From Anthoceros angustus (taxonomy: Eukaryota > Plantae > Anthocerotophyta), in contig MU008157.1 of the NCBI GenBank assembly GCA_010909165.1, positions 1 through 64,000 of the forward strand: DNA of 64,000 bases, written 5' to 3'. Each line of letters starts with the position of its first letter. Position 1 is the first letter of the stretch. The notes below the pieces were generated by a model. The model was not told where the DNA came from and searched no databases. It was given only the letters and a program-made list of their open reading frames with translations. Positions 49,095 through 63,258 of the stretch are shown here, piece by piece. The translations under genes were made by a program, and so were the position numbers.

Positions 49095-49869
49095 ATGACT
49101 TTGGCAAACCAAGTCGATGCACCTTTTATAAGACAAGTATGGGGTTACAATCTTGAGCAAGAATTAGACTTTATCCGCCATTATTGATCAATATCGATAA
49201 TAAGTATAGATACGGAATTTGCATAGTGGTGGTGCCCGATGTTATTACATAGAAGACTATGAATACCAAATGATCAAAGGTAATGTGGATAGACTAAGGT
49301 TAATCCAACTAGGGCTTACATTTCCGATAAAATGCAAAGCTGCCTTTTGTAAAGAAAGCAGGCGAAGTTTGGTATGGCAATTCAATTTTAGAATCAACCT
49401 TGACCAAGATATGTATGCGTAAGATAGTATAAATCTTTTGCATGTAATAGATTTCGATCAACACCGGATAATGGGCATAGATGTTCAACATTTGGACAAA
49501 TATTCAACACCTGCAACATATTACATAATCAAAATTTGCAATGGATTGGTTTCCACCCAACCTACGATTTTGCCTACTTGCTAAAACCATCAGTCAAGAA
49601 TTACCGGAGACAAGAGACTAATTTCTTTGTTTTGTAGCTAATTATTTTCCTAATATATTTGACGTTATGTGTTGGACAAGTAGTTTAAGTATATTAGCAA
49701 AAGTACTAACGGAGACGAAGGACTTGTCATCAAGCAGGTCCAGATTCCTATTGACTTTTCATGTATTTCATAAAATATGTGAAAAGTGGCCCATCTTTCA
49801 AGATGGACGCCTATGTATTATAAGGATCAATTATATGGATTAAGTCCATATAAAATATTTTTAAAATAA
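49095..49869 (+). CDS. CAF1: CAF1-like deadenylase, copy 4 (frameshifted as assembled)
   Basis: Same motifs; TCHQAGPDS at ~49722-49750. Confidence 0.85.
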
Positions 49870-51602
49870 AATTATTTTATTAATGAACTTAGTTCTATAA
49901 ACATATTTTATCTTACTATCATCATGCGTATTATCTAGCATAAATTCTTCAACCCTATACAAGATGCATGTGTTCAATTGCTCTTTCTAACTCTACCATT
50001 GTCTCCCAATGTGGAAACGATATTGATTTGGGCCCCTTTATCATTTTGATCTAGTTTGTTTCATTTTGGTTTGATCCAAGGTGACCGCATCTATTAACGG
50101 GTGCTTTTTTGAGCCATTTAGGGAAGTTTGGAACAAGGAGAGGAACTTAGAAGTTTCTGATAGGTAGACTAGTTGGTAGGATAGGAGGATGTCCTTCCCA
50201 AGTAGGTCGAGATCGATGCACACTTCAAATAATGTAGCGGACTTGTCGACAAAAGGACTACCTGGCAACCCACGACATAGTGTATCCGATTAACAAGACC
50301 ATCAAAGATCGACTTATCTTAATCAAGATGCGCCAAAGAACGATCACAACTTCATGATCAAGCCAGTAACAGCAGCTTCTAGCCCAACGCATCCATAAGG
50401 CACACCTCCTATGTAACGCACACAAATGCATGCTCGCCACGACGCTTCACACACGCATACGAGATGATCTGGATGAAGCATAAAGTTAATCAAGTCGACT
50501 CACAACTTCATTTCCACCATAGCCATACCATTCGCAGGTTTGAGACGAGTCTCGGGAAGGGGCGGTTGCCGCCGCCAAGGCGGAAGTTCGACCTCCCTCG
50601 CCACTTTGGAGGTAGCGCCTTGCAGGGGCGATCAACTGCCGACTTTCTCGCATCCTCGATCGAGCATCGGTAGCTTTTCCATCTTCACGCCTTACGGCTC
50701 TTCCGGACCCGTCGGCTTATGGAGCGATCAGCTTAGGAGGCGAGCAACATGCAAGCAAAATTGCCGAGCAAGCTCTAGCGAGCGAAAGCGATCGTAGCAT
50801 GCAAACCATCGCGAGGCGCGGACAACAAACGTCCATCGCACTGGCCCGGTATGTGGGTAGCGTTTTTTGTGTTTCGCACCTCGTGCCGCCACTAATGTGA
50901 TAAGGTCCGAGTTAGGTCCGAGGGCATATTGAATCGCATTCGTTAAGCAGAACCTCGTGGTTATGACGCTGATCGGGTTAACTTACATGAATAATGATTC
51001 ATTAGGTTATTACGTTATTAGGTTTTAAATGGATTACACTCACTTTTCTTTATTGTTTTATTAAACCCTAAATGCGCTTATCTTTTGCCTACACAGCGTC
51101 GTGCTCTCTTTTGCTCAAGGATGAGGATGGTGATGTCTTAATTCTTTACCAAGGATCCTCGAGGTGTTTGATCATACACCAAGGAACATGAATTTGTATT
51201 CTGGGCATGAGCAGTCCTACCACGACTCAACAAGCGATTTCCTGCCGTGTTGTTGGGGTTTGTTAAACTTGTGGTGGCCCCCAATAATCGTGCCTTTACC
51301 TGAAACTGTGGTGCATAAGAACCTCAAGCTACTTCCTTGACTTAATTTCTTTCAACCCTACTCCTCATTCTCGTGGAAGACCACATGTGCACTAACCCCG
51401 CTCCCAAGTGTCGGGATGAGCGATTTTTTTGTTTTGGATGTGTTAGAATAGCAAAGTGCTTTGAGAATCATCCCAGTCGGTCTTTTGGAATGGTCCTTGG
51501 CCCTTGGAGATAATAATAATTTTTCGACTAGGTTTGACCCGAGGGTGGGGTAGAAATAGAGTCCTTGGGTATTGGGAATTTTAGAATAAAAGGTGTCTAT
51601 AT

Positions 51603-54002
51603 ATGCTAGGGATGCTCACAATATGCCACATTGTGAGTAGTCAAGTGGTGGTGGCTAGTTCCACCACGGTGGCGAGGGGCACTGTGGAATTTACAACCCT
51701 AGTGGCGGGCGGGACTACAGTCGGGAGGCGCGGAGAAGGCACACCCAAGACCGAGGTCGCGACTTTCCGTGAGGGGCGGTGGCGAGCTGCAGCAAGAAGC
51801 GGCCACGCCAAATCTCGCTCACAGGAGGAAGGCGGCACGACGAGGCGGCGGAGGAGAGAAATCGGCGCCCGGCAAGTTCGCGAGGCGTGGAAGGAGGCGA
51901 GAGGCGGCTCGATTTTTCTCTTGACCGAGATCCTAGTCGAGGTTTTGTTTTGGGAAACAACGAGAAGGAGATGGCGCCCGAGTGCGGAAATCCCTGCAGC
52001 GGTGAACATGGACCACGAAAGTGAGAGGTGGCGCTGGTCAGGGGCCCAAGTTCATGGAGAAGAAATGGTGCTACTGACCACATTGGTGCAAGAGTCGCAA
52101 TTAAGGACCAAGTCGCAAGAGGGTGACGCGAGGAAAAGGCAGGCGGGATTTGGCCCTCTTTCGAGCGTGTATGGGCGAAGCATCGAGGATGGGAGCTTGG
52201 TGATTGTGAAGACCTTGAGGCTGCGGCCGCGCTCATGAAGCCTGGGAAGTGAGAGTGAACAATGGTGGGTGACTCGCCAACTCGTGTTCTGCATGGTGGG
52301 ATTTGGCCAAATGGATTTTGTGTTTCCTCTGAGCCGGGATCATATGGCGGATCACTTCTTGGTTTTCTTCACGAGGTGGTCAAGGGTACACAAATTGATT
52401 GGGGAGGATGATTTTCGAAAGAGCCTGAGGAGAAGGCGATTTACTCTCTCTTCCTCGGCCCTCCTTGATTTCGCCTTTTCGATTCATGTATTTGCGCATT
52501 CCGTGTTTAACGGTTGGGTCATGTCCGCATGGTTGGAAGCCGGTCGGGGAACTCAAGGTAGAAGAGGAGGAATTGAAGGAGGATTCGGGCAAGGATTCCA
52601 GCTTGGGAGTGCGCTCTGGAAGGTTCGGAAGAGGGTGGGGAAGTTTCCAAGGGTAAGAAGCGAAGGCGGCGGCAAGACGGGATCGGCGAAGGGGAGGACC
52701 GGCAGCGGAGGAACCCACAGCACACCTGTGGTCACCAGTCGAGACAGCAGAACGGGTAAAGGAGGAGAAAATAAAGGGAAATGGCAAGTTGCTCCCTAGT
52801 GCAGGATGAATTCGCCGCTAGGGGAGAATGAAGCGGGGAAGAGGCGTGGACCAACCCCTAGGAGGAGGGGTTAACTTCAGTGGCCAGACCACGGAGCTCC
52901 GGACATTTTTGGCGACATTTCACCGAACCGTCCTGAGGTGGGGATAGGAGACACCGCCGCACGAGAATTGTTGTGGAGGCGGATGGGCAAAGGGACAAAT
53001 TTGGGGATTTGGGGTTTGACAGCATGCAGGCGGATCTCCTCGATCAAGCATGGCTCTCACTTGGCGAGTGTGCAAGGCCAGGAGAAGTTGCTCAAGGAGA
53101 AGTTGGAAAGCACTGGAAGGCGAGAGCAAGGCGAGGAGGCAGAGAGCAGAGTCTGGCCTTATGCAAGGCACAGGAGGCTTAAGGGACATGTCCACTCGAG
53201 AAGCTTAGTAAATCAGTCAGGTCAAGGCGCATGCTACAATGAAGAGCTTCATGAGGTCTCGCGAGTCCAGGAGGCGGTGGGCGATGGCGCCTTGGAGAAA
53301 TTTGGCGGAGGTACAAGCGGAAAGAGACGAAGCTAGGGCCGAGTCAAGAGAGAGGTGGCCAAACCAAGAAAGGCCGAGCAACCACCGCAGGAGCCACAAC
53401 CACCGTGGAAGCAACCACGGTGGCTAAACAGCCACCGTCGTGGAACGGGGCGAGGTGGGGAAGTCACCGGCAGAGTGTCGCAGATGGAGGGGAGATCCCG
53501 GAGAATCAACAGCCCGGCCCAGATTGTCCACGGGAGAGGTAAGGACCTGATCGGGAAGGCGTGACTACGGCGTCCGGATGAGGATGCTCATGTCCCCGCA
53601 CGCATGGTGAGCGGTGCTCACTCTAAACGTATGTGGTTGTTGGGACAGAGGCGTAAAACTCGGGCGACATCTTGACCGCCACAGCGTTTACCTGGTTCCT
53701 TCGAGTAGGAGCGGGCGCCTATCCTCCGCAAGTGGTCGGAAGAGATGAGCGAGGCGCAGCGAGCATGGAGGGAGGAGCACAGTATGGTTGTCCAAATGAG
53801 GAGGAGCGGGACAATGGACATAGAGGCCGCAGGCGCGCAACGTCCGCGGGAAGGCGCGAGGGAAACTCAGGCGGTGAGAGTGAGGTGGAGGTTGTGGGGA
53901 AAATCGCTCGGATCGAGGCGAGGCCAAGAGCGAGAGGGGTCCCCATGGGCCGTGGGGCGGCGCAATCAGCGGCAGCTGATTTTAGGAGTCGCGATAGCCT
54001 AG
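51603..54002 (+). CDS. LTR-borne ORF, A2 5' LTR copy (frameshifted)
   Basis: MLGMLTICH start region, DHMADHFLVF, ends GVAIA*. Confidence 0.68.
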
Positions 54003-55317
54003 GACCGGGTTTCCTTTTCGAGCGAGGATAGGGAGTTCCATCACCGTAGTCATGTTGCTTAGATTGGTAAGGCGCGTGGTAGGAGCTACAATTTTAGACA
54101 CTAAAGAGAAGTGAGTGTTGGACCACGCCGGATGTATAAGAGACCCTTTGGGTGTCTCTCAAAGCGATTTGTGTGAACTTCCGTATCGAACCAGGTGTGG
54201 GGTTGATTGGACGTCGATCAAACGGGTTCGGCGCGTCTTCGTCACAAGAAGGCCGGAAGATCTGGATGGTCGAGGCGGAGTGGCCAAGCTCCACTGGGAG
54301 TGAAGGTGGCCGTGGCCAAAAGAGGTAGGATTGCGGGAGGTGAGGCGGCTAGGCGAATGCGACCGGGTTTTCTTCCGATCCTCTTCCAACTGCCACCAGT
54401 GTGTTCATTCCATGAGAGAGGGGTCTGTGGCCCAAGGAGGGTCTGTGAAGGGGGTCTGTGGCCCGTGAGGAGGGAGTTCATTGGGAAGGGAAAGGTTCCG
54501 AGAGGTGAGTCTTGGGGAGGGATTGTGAGTGTGTGAGGGAAAATCGAACGTGAGAGGAGTGGGCGTGTGGTGGATCGCAGAAATTCCAGTAAGTGGCGTA
54601 TAGGTATCCGTATGCCCATAGCCCCTAGGTCCGTGTTAGAGAAGTGTGAATAGACTCCCGAAGGCGGTGCGTGGTGGGACCCGCCACGGTGGCGAACCCG
54701 CCGCGGTGGCCGAGTCTACCAGGGTTTGGGGGTGGAGAAGGTGGGGTAGTGAGCGCGGGGTAGGTCTAGAATCCATAGATTTAGCACACCTTGACACAAC
54801 ACCATTCCCTTGGGATCGAATCCTAGGACTATAACGACATAGAGGGTAAATGTGGCCTCTTTGCGTCTTCGGATGCAAAACCCATTCCACATTTTGGCGC
54901 CGTTCGGGAATGGCTCAAGGTTATAGGGGACTAACCATAGCTTAGGTGTCTAGTTTTGGAGTGTATCTAGTTAGGTAGATGGATGCCACGGGTTGAGTCG
55001 AGGGTTCGAGAGTCAAGTCGGGACGGAAGGCCACGAGAAGCGACAACGCCAAGCACCGGAAAGGTTGAAAAGGGTTGCAAACCGCGAGTTGAGGAGGGTC
55101 CACCAAGACGCACCCGTTGGAAGGAAAGGAGGTAAGGAAGCAACTGGGACGGGGTCCGATCTTGTTGGAGCAAGATCCCCAACCTCGGACTTGGACGAGG
55201 TACCGCCAAGGAACCTCGGACCAATTCCATCCACCTCTTCCAAAAGTGTGCGCGTTGGAGATCAATCGACTCGCAGAACCGTTGTTGGACCAACCACGGT
55301 CGAATCGAACGATAGTC

Positions 55318-57250
55318 ATGACCACCACCACCGGTGGTGGTCACCACCAAGCAACCTTACCCGCTGTATGGAGAGGGGAAGGGGTATGAAGACCGATGAA
55401 TTTGTTGAGCGTTTGAGCGGTGACATTTGCAAACCAGAAGCGGGAGATGCACAGATTGTTCTATGGAGTTCTTCGGGGTCCATAAGTGGTATAGGCGAAT
55501 ACCTCAAGTCACCCACAGAACCTATGAAGAATTAAAACCGCCTCATGAAAGGTTCAGGGGACGTGGAGGGATACGTGTTGTCCAAGCTTGCGAGAGAGGA
55601 AAGAAGGAAACCTTGCAGCGTATGTGGAGAGGTTTCACGCGATCAAGTGGCCCTCACTCGGAGTTGCAGGCAATACGGTGGTTCGCTAAAGGCCTGGGTT
55701 CTAAGATGGGGAGACACGTAAGGTTACAAGCGGAGAAGAATTTGGGCAAGGCTATCAAGGCGGCGCTAAACTATGAGGAATCCAACCCGCAAGGGAGGAG
55801 GAAGGCTAAGAAGGAGAAGAAGAAGCCCAGGACTGGAAAAAAAAGAAGGGATTCCTCATCCTCCTCGGAAGGAAGTTCATCAGGTGAAGAAAGCTCCACG
55901 TAAGATTCCACAGAAAGTTCCTGAGGAGGAAAGCAGTGATTCGGAGGCGTCATCGAGATGAGGAGCGCGCCAAATGGAAAAAGAAATCGTGCACGGACAA
56001 CAAGGAGGCAAGGGCAAACAGAGGCGATGTACGCAAAAAGGACGCGAACAAGCGAGGAGGGAGGCCGAGGTGGCAGCCAAGAAAGTAGAACAACAGGGAA
56101 CAAGATGGAGGAGATGATGGCAAAATTCGAGAAATTCCATCTTAATGCGGTCAAGGAACATGAGAGGCATCACCCACCCCACGAGCCAACCTCTTCTGCG
56201 TGTGGGCGCAGGACACTCCAAAGCTAATTGTCCACGACAAGGGTACACCGGGATATGAGGAGAGAGGAGGAAGAGGGTCCGTGGAAGATACATACGATCC
56301 GGAGGTTCACCAACCCAAGTGTACCCAAAGACCATGTACCCGCCAACCTCGTAATTCCACGGGGTAGGCGTTGTAACAGGCGGGTAACAATCCAATGCAC
56401 CGTCTTGTGCTATAATTATGCAACCTTGGACACTATGATACACCCTTATCCAACTCGTCAAGGCAATGGAGATTTTGATAAACTATGTCAAGCGGCAGGG
56501 CATTTGGCGAAGTGTGCTGCCAAAGCCCCAAAAACGGTGAGGATCGCGCACCACCCGTACGGAGTTCACGCCAAACCCAAGTCCGGTGTCCGCCATGCAT
56601 GTTGAGGACGCACTTATGGCGGTATGGGAGGATGCCGAGATTGGAACCCCGAGGAGCTTGGAGGATTAGACGAGGAAGCGATTATTATGGGGAAGCCTGG
56701 TCGTTAGAACAAGGAGCACAAAAGCAAAAGAGAGGCGTGGGGAAAAAGAAGAAAGGAGGCGGATACGACCACGGGATCGGATGAGGGAGAGAGTGTCGCC
56801 ACCTGGGGGCAACACCATGAACGTTGGCCAAAACGAAAAACAAGTCCTGCAGTGACTTGGCGGATGGACCATATGTGCAAAAGAGTGATGCTGAGACTGA
56901 GTGTTCCAGTGCGGAAAGGTGAATGAAGGGGTCACGACAAGGGGTGGAACCCCTCGATTTCGAGAAAGTTACCGAACCGAGTTAGGGTTTCCACACGGAC
57001 GAAGGCGTCATGGATATGATACAAGAAGAATTGGCAAGGAGGCTACGGGGAAAAGGCGGGGTGTCGATTTCCACCACCCTGTGGGAGTCCACCACCCCAC
57101 CGGAAGGGCCACCGCACCCCAAGTCATGACGAACCGGGAACCCACACCAACCAACGGATGGCGAGGTGCGGGCCACCGCTTCTCAATCTCGAGGCCATCA
57201 TGGACCAACATTTCATGATCACATTCGGACAACTCCTCCGAGACAATCCA
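55318..57250 (+). pseudogene. gag: gag of A2, frameshifted
   Basis: KTDEFVERL, EKNLGKAIKAALNYEESN, knuckle remnants at ~56190-56520. Confidence 0.85.
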
Positions 57251-57319
57251 TGTATAGGCAACATCGGAGGCGTTAAAGAGGCGCAACCCAAAAGAGGCGC
57301 AATGTTCCTATACCGGCCC

Positions 57320-60300
57320 AGCGCTCATGAGAACTTGGTATCCATGGTGGATCAAGGCCCACCAACTGTGGAAATTTCGGGATGTGTCATCAAAGGAGTG
57401 CCTCTCGACACCTCGTGGTGTAAATATTATTATGAGAAGACACGGCTAGGAAATTGGGCTTGGATATTGAACATACTACCAAGGTTTTATGCTGCCGACA
57501 TGTCCGTAATGGTGCCGGTGGGGGCGGCTAACGACCATTGGAACCATCCCTACTTGATGGATTATGTAGTCATCCAAAGAAAATCGCTGTGGCACGACGT
57601 CCTAATTGGCCGAACATGGATGTACGCATCGCAATGCACGCTCAAGTGGCGGAAGGAAGTCGGTTTTAAACGCTGGAATGGGATCCCAAGACCAAGGAGG
57701 AAGGATGTGCCTATCGTGGAGTAAGGACATGTATGCGTGAAACTCCAAGCAAGGGTACACCTCGGCAGAGGACACGTCGGGAGATGGAGAGGAAGATAGG
57801 TTCCCGTCGCACATCTCATGGTCGATGAGGCGGGACTACCGAGATATCCATATACAATTAACCCGAGGGTCATTACGGGTAAGCCGAATGCTCACGGAAG
57901 GGGTCCGGGGATTCGGAGCAGTGGAGAAAGGCTGGAGGCGCCACGCTTCACGTCGGAGGATTTGTTTAGGGAATGGGGCATGAGAGAAGAGGCGGGAGCC
58001 GAGAAGGATTCGGGGTTAGCACCGCAAGAGAGCCGAGTGGGTGCAGTGATGAAGTCAAGGACGTTGAGGTTCTTCCAAAGGTGCTCAAATTCTCCGTAAC
58101 AATGGATGCGGCGTTGGAGGAAGGAATGAAGCAACGCTGCGAATTTATCGATGTTTTCGCCTTGAGGTGACATGAAGGGATCCCCAAAGAATGGGCGAGC
58201 ATAGGATTGACTGGAACCGTGGCAATCCCAGAAGGATTCCACGGACAAGTTAAATCAAGTACTCCCTCAAGGTAAAGGATCGCTTGGAGATGTACCTCAA
58301 GGCGGACGTGATCTATCCTATAGTCAATACCGAATGGGTGGCTCCAATAGTGGTAGTACCTAAGAGGCAGCAAAATCCGAGTTTGTCGAGAGAAGGTTGA
58401 ATAAGGTCACCAAGAAGGATCACTTTCCGTTACCTTCATCGATAATATCCTGGATCCGTCGCAGTGCGAATGGCGATTCATTCCTAGACGGGTACTGGTA
58501 TCACCGCACCTTAGGGAGAGCGATTGGCCTCGACCGCTTTGAGGGGACATATGCTTACAAGCGCGCATTTGGGTTGACGGAGCACTGGGTCCTTCATGCG
58601 AGCCATCAAAATTTTCAAGGACTTCCTCCGCGACTTTATGGACGACCAGCGTGGGGCAAGGACCATCGCCGCACTCGGAAGTGCCTGGAGCGCTGTCGAG
58701 CCACGCAATTATGCCTGCATCCAGAAAAGTGCTACTTCGGCATGTCAGAGGGAATTTGGGGCATCGAATTTCAAGCCGAGGTATAGAAGTAGATCCGGAC
58801 AAGGTAAAGGTCATCGCCACCCTTAGAGCACCAACAACGCTAAAGGAACTCCGCGGGTTCCTGGGAATGGTCGGGTATTATAGACGCTTCGTTCCAAATT
58901 TCGCCAAGCGGGCTGCCCCACTAACGAGCTTGTTAAGGAAGGATCAGGAGTGGGAATGGACGACGCAACGGGAGGAAGCATTTCAGGACTTACGCACCAC
59001 AGCTCTGCTCCACGCTAAAAGGACCGGATCGAGTAAGAAGTTCCACGTTTTCGTTGATGTTTCATTTGCAAAATTGGTCCAGGATGAGAAGAAGAAGGAT
59101 TTTCCGATCTACTATGCCGAGACAACTAACGGACGCGCGAAGTATACCACCACGGAGCGCCGGAATGGTTTACTCGGTCGAAATTGACACTACCTCCTCT
59201 CGTATGAATTTGTGTTCCATGTTGACCACTTTGCCTTGAAACACCTTGTGAATAAACCCGACCTTTCGGACGCAGCACGGGATCTTGCGCTTGAGTTTAC
59301 CTTCACGGTGGAAACGAGAGGGTAGGAAGCATATCAATGCCGACTTCATATCTCGATTGAAACAGGAAGGTGGAAAAAGGAGACGACTTTCCCGATGAGA
59401 CACCTTTAGCAGGAGTTGCAAACCAACGAGTGAAGCCATTCGGAAGGAGGGGCATCGATTGAGAAGGGAGGGGCTTCAAGACCAACATATCGAGATATAC
59501 GATTATCTTGGCACAGCCAAATTCCTCCATCCAAGACACAGATTCAGCGTTTCCACTACTCCGCACCATTCACACGGCACAATATGAATTTATACCGAGT
59601 CATCCGGACGGGAGCGGTTATGGACGCATCAAGCGGTGAGAGTCCCGAGCTCTTTACACGAAGAAGAGGCGGAGGTCATTATGCCGCGCATGTCACATGC
59701 GGGAAAATTTTGAGGTGGCTATTGGTGGCCTACAATGTACAAGGATGCCGGAGTTCGTGAGCGCTTGCCAAAGGGTCGGCAAGCCAACAACAACAATGGC
59801 CCTTGTCCCCATACTTGCACCGCACCATTCGAGAAATGGGGAATCGATTTTGTCGGTCCTATCCAAAACCAAGGCTCGCCAAAACCAATACATCCCGTGG
59901 CCAGACATCAGCGCGGATGGTAGAAGCACGACGCTGCCGTAGATTCGGAGCGTCGTGGCATTCTGTCGAGCAAATCATCACCCGATATGGGCTGCCGGAG
60001 CTGGTGGAGGAACACATTTCGTCAATCGTAATCTCCAACATGACCAACCACTTCAACGCCGCCACGAAGTCCACGCCTTATAACCCAAAAGCCAATGGGG
60101 GTGGAAAGGCAAATGGCTTGTTGTGCAAGATCCTAACCAAACTCACTATGCGTGATGATATGCATTCAAGACTGTGGGCGTCGGACCGGAAAGTGACAAC
60201 GCAAACCCGTATTATCTTACTTACGGGCATTCGCTGTCTAATAGAATTCAAGTTCCCACCCTGAGAATACAGGAACCAAGTCGAATGCCGGTGGAAGAAA

Positions 60301-60604
60301 GTCAGTTGGAAAGGTTGGTGGGTTTCGACACACGGAGAACAGAGAACAAGCCCTCCAAGTTATGCGGGATGTCCAGCAAAGGAGGAAGGAGTGGCACGAC
60401 AAGAGATTGAAGCGTCAAGAATACGTTGTTCCCGGGATCCGCTTTACTATATGATAACCGATACATGCATTTTCCGTAAATTACATCTCGGATGGATGGG
60501 GCCCGTAGTTTAAGTTTTCGACAACGGATCAATTCAACTCCGATTTTAGTGGCTCACCCACCCTTGCCAACGCCACGGTTGGCGTCAAGAAATATTACCA
60601 ATAA
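57320..60604 (+). pseudogene. pol: pol of A2, frameshifted
   Basis: GCVIKGVPLDT (PR), KVTKKDHFPLP and ELRGFLGMVGYYRRFVPNFAK (RT), STPYNPKANG (INT), stop at 60602-60604. Confidence 0.9.
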
Positions 60605-60869
60605 GTTGGCGAGGACGCCAACAAATGAGAAGGGAGTATGTGGAAGACCACATGTGCACTAACCCCGCCTCCAAGTGTCGGGTGAACGATTTTTTTGTTT
60701 TGGGTGTGTTAGAATAGCAGTGCTTTGAGAATCGTCAGTCGTCTTTTATACGGAATGGTCCTTGGCCCTTGGAGATAATAATAATTTTTCGACCCTTAGG
60801 TTTGACCCGGAGGTGGGGTAGAAATAGAGTCCTTGGGTATTGGGAATTTTAGAATAAAAGGTGTCTATA

Positions 60870-63258
60870 TATGCTAGGGATGCTCACAATATGCCACATG
60901 TAGTCAAGTGGGGTGGTGGCTAGTTCCACCACGGTGGCGAGGACGTCTGGGGAATTTACAACCCTAGTGGCGGGCGGGACTACCACTGGAGCGCAACGGG
61001 AGAAGGCACACCCAGACGCGAGGTCGCGACTTTCCGTGAGGCGGTGAGCGGAGCTGCGCAAGAGGCGCCACGCCAGCCAAATCTCGTCGCGCAGGAGGAA
61101 AAGCGGCGACGAGCGGGCGGAGGAGAGAAATCGGCCGGTTCGCGAGGCGTGGAAGGAGCGCGGGCGGTCGATTTTTTCTTCGGATCTGCGGGGTAGTCGA
61201 GGTTTTGTTTTGGGAAACAACGAGAGAAGGAGATGGCGCCCTGCGCGGCCGAAATCCCACGCACGGTGGCCCAACATGGACCATCGGAAAGTGAGAGCCT
61301 GAGTGCGGGCTGGGCCAAGTTCATGGAGAAGAAATGGTGCTACTGACACCGCATTGGTGCAAGAGTGCGCAATTAAGGACCAAGTCGCAAGAGGGTGAGG
61401 AAAAGGCCGCAGAACGGATTTGGCCCTCTTTCGAGCAGTATGGGCGAAGCATCGAAGGATGGGAGCTTGGTGATTGACCCCAGTGAAGAAGACCTTGAGT
61501 AGCCTCATGAAGCCGGGAAGTGAGAGTGAACAATGGTGGGTGACTCGCCAACTCGTGTTCTGCCTGTGGGATTGGCCAAATGGATTTTGTGTTCTGAGCC
61601 TAAGCGGATCATATGGCGGATCACTTCTTGGTTTTTCTTCACGAGGTGGTCAAGGGTACACAAATTGATTGGGGAGGATGATTTTCGAAAGAGCCTGTGA
61701 GGAGAAGGCGATTTACTCTCTCTTCCCTCGGCCCTCCTTGATTTCGCCTTTTCGATTCATGTATTTGCGCATTCCGGTGTTTAACGGAGTTGGGCGTCCG
61801 CCTGCATGGTTGGAAGCCGGGAACTCAAGGTAGAAGAGGAGGAATTGAAGGAGGATTCGGGCAAGGATTCCAGCTTGGGAGTGCGCTCGAAGGTTCTAAG
61901 AGGGTGGGGAAGTTTCCAAGGGTAAGAAGAAGGGCGGCAGTCGAGCGGGTCGGCGAAGGGGAGGGGAGCAGAGGAGGAACCCAGCCACACCTGTGGTCAC
62001 CAGTCAAGAGGCGGCGAGCAGGTAAAGGAGGAAAATAAAGGGAAATGGCAAGTTGCTCCCCTGTGCAGGATGAATCGCCGCTAGGGAGAATGGGCGGGGA
62101 AGAGGCAAGCACCAACCCCTAGAGAGGAGGGGTTAACTTGGGAGACCAAGCAGCTCCGGACATTTTGGCGACATTTCACCGCCCTGAGGTGGGGATAGGA
62201 GACACCGCGCGAGAATTGTTGTGGAGGCGGATGGGCAAGGGACAGCCCAATTTGGGGATTTGCGGTTTGACTTCCATGGCCATGCACAGGCGGATCTCCT
62301 CGATCAAGCACCATGGCTCTCACTTGGTGAGTGTGCAAGGCCAGGAGAAGTTGCTCAAGGAGAAGTTGGAAAGCCAGGCGAGAGCAAGGCGGCCGAGGCA
62401 GACGGAGGGTGGCGGCCTTATGCAAGGCAAGGAGCAGTTAAGGGACATGTCCACTCGCAGAAGCTTTAGTAAATCAGTCAAGGGGCGCATGCTACAATTG
62501 AAGAGCTTCAAGATGAGGTCTCGCGAGTCCAGGAGCGGTGGAAGCGATGGCGCCTTGGAGAAATTCAAGAACGCGGAGGTACAAGCGGGAAGAGGAGAAG
62601 CTAGGGCCGAGTCAAGAGAGAGGTGGCCAAACCAAGAAAGGCCGAGCCCACCGCAGAGCCAACAACCACCGTGGAAGACCACCACGGTGGCTAAACCAAC
62701 CACCGTGGAACGGGAACCGAGGTGGGGAAGTCACCGGCGAGTGTCGCAGATGGAGGGACAGATCCGAGAATCACAGCACCGCCCGATTGTCCACGGAGGA
62801 GAGGGTAAGGACCTCTGATCGGAAGGCGTATTGTGCTACGTCCGGATGAGGATGCTCATGTCCCGGCTTCACGCATGGTGAGCGTGCTCACTCTAAACGT
62901 GTATGTGGTTGTTGGGACAGAGGGGCGTAAACTCGGTCAGACATCTTGACCGCCACAGGCGTTTATGGTTCCTTCAGTAGGAGCGGGCGCCTATCCTCCG
63001 CAAGTGGTGCCGGAAGAGATGAGCGCGAGGCCGAGCATGGAGGGAGGAAGCAGTATGGTTGTCCAAATGAGGAGGAGCGGGACAATGGACATAGAGGCAG
63101 GCGCGTCCGCGGGAAGGCGCGAGGGAAATTCAGCGGTGAGTGGTGGAGGTTGTGGGGAAAATCGCTCGGATCGGGCGAGGCCGAGCGAGAGGGGTCCCCA
63201 TGGGCCGTGGGGCGAGGCAGAATCGCGGAGGGCGGATTTTAGAGTCGCGATAGCCTAG
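60870..63258 (+). CDS. LTR-borne ORF, A2 3' LTR copy (frameshifted)
   Basis: Same peptide blocks as the other copies; ends FRVAIA*. Confidence 0.66.
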
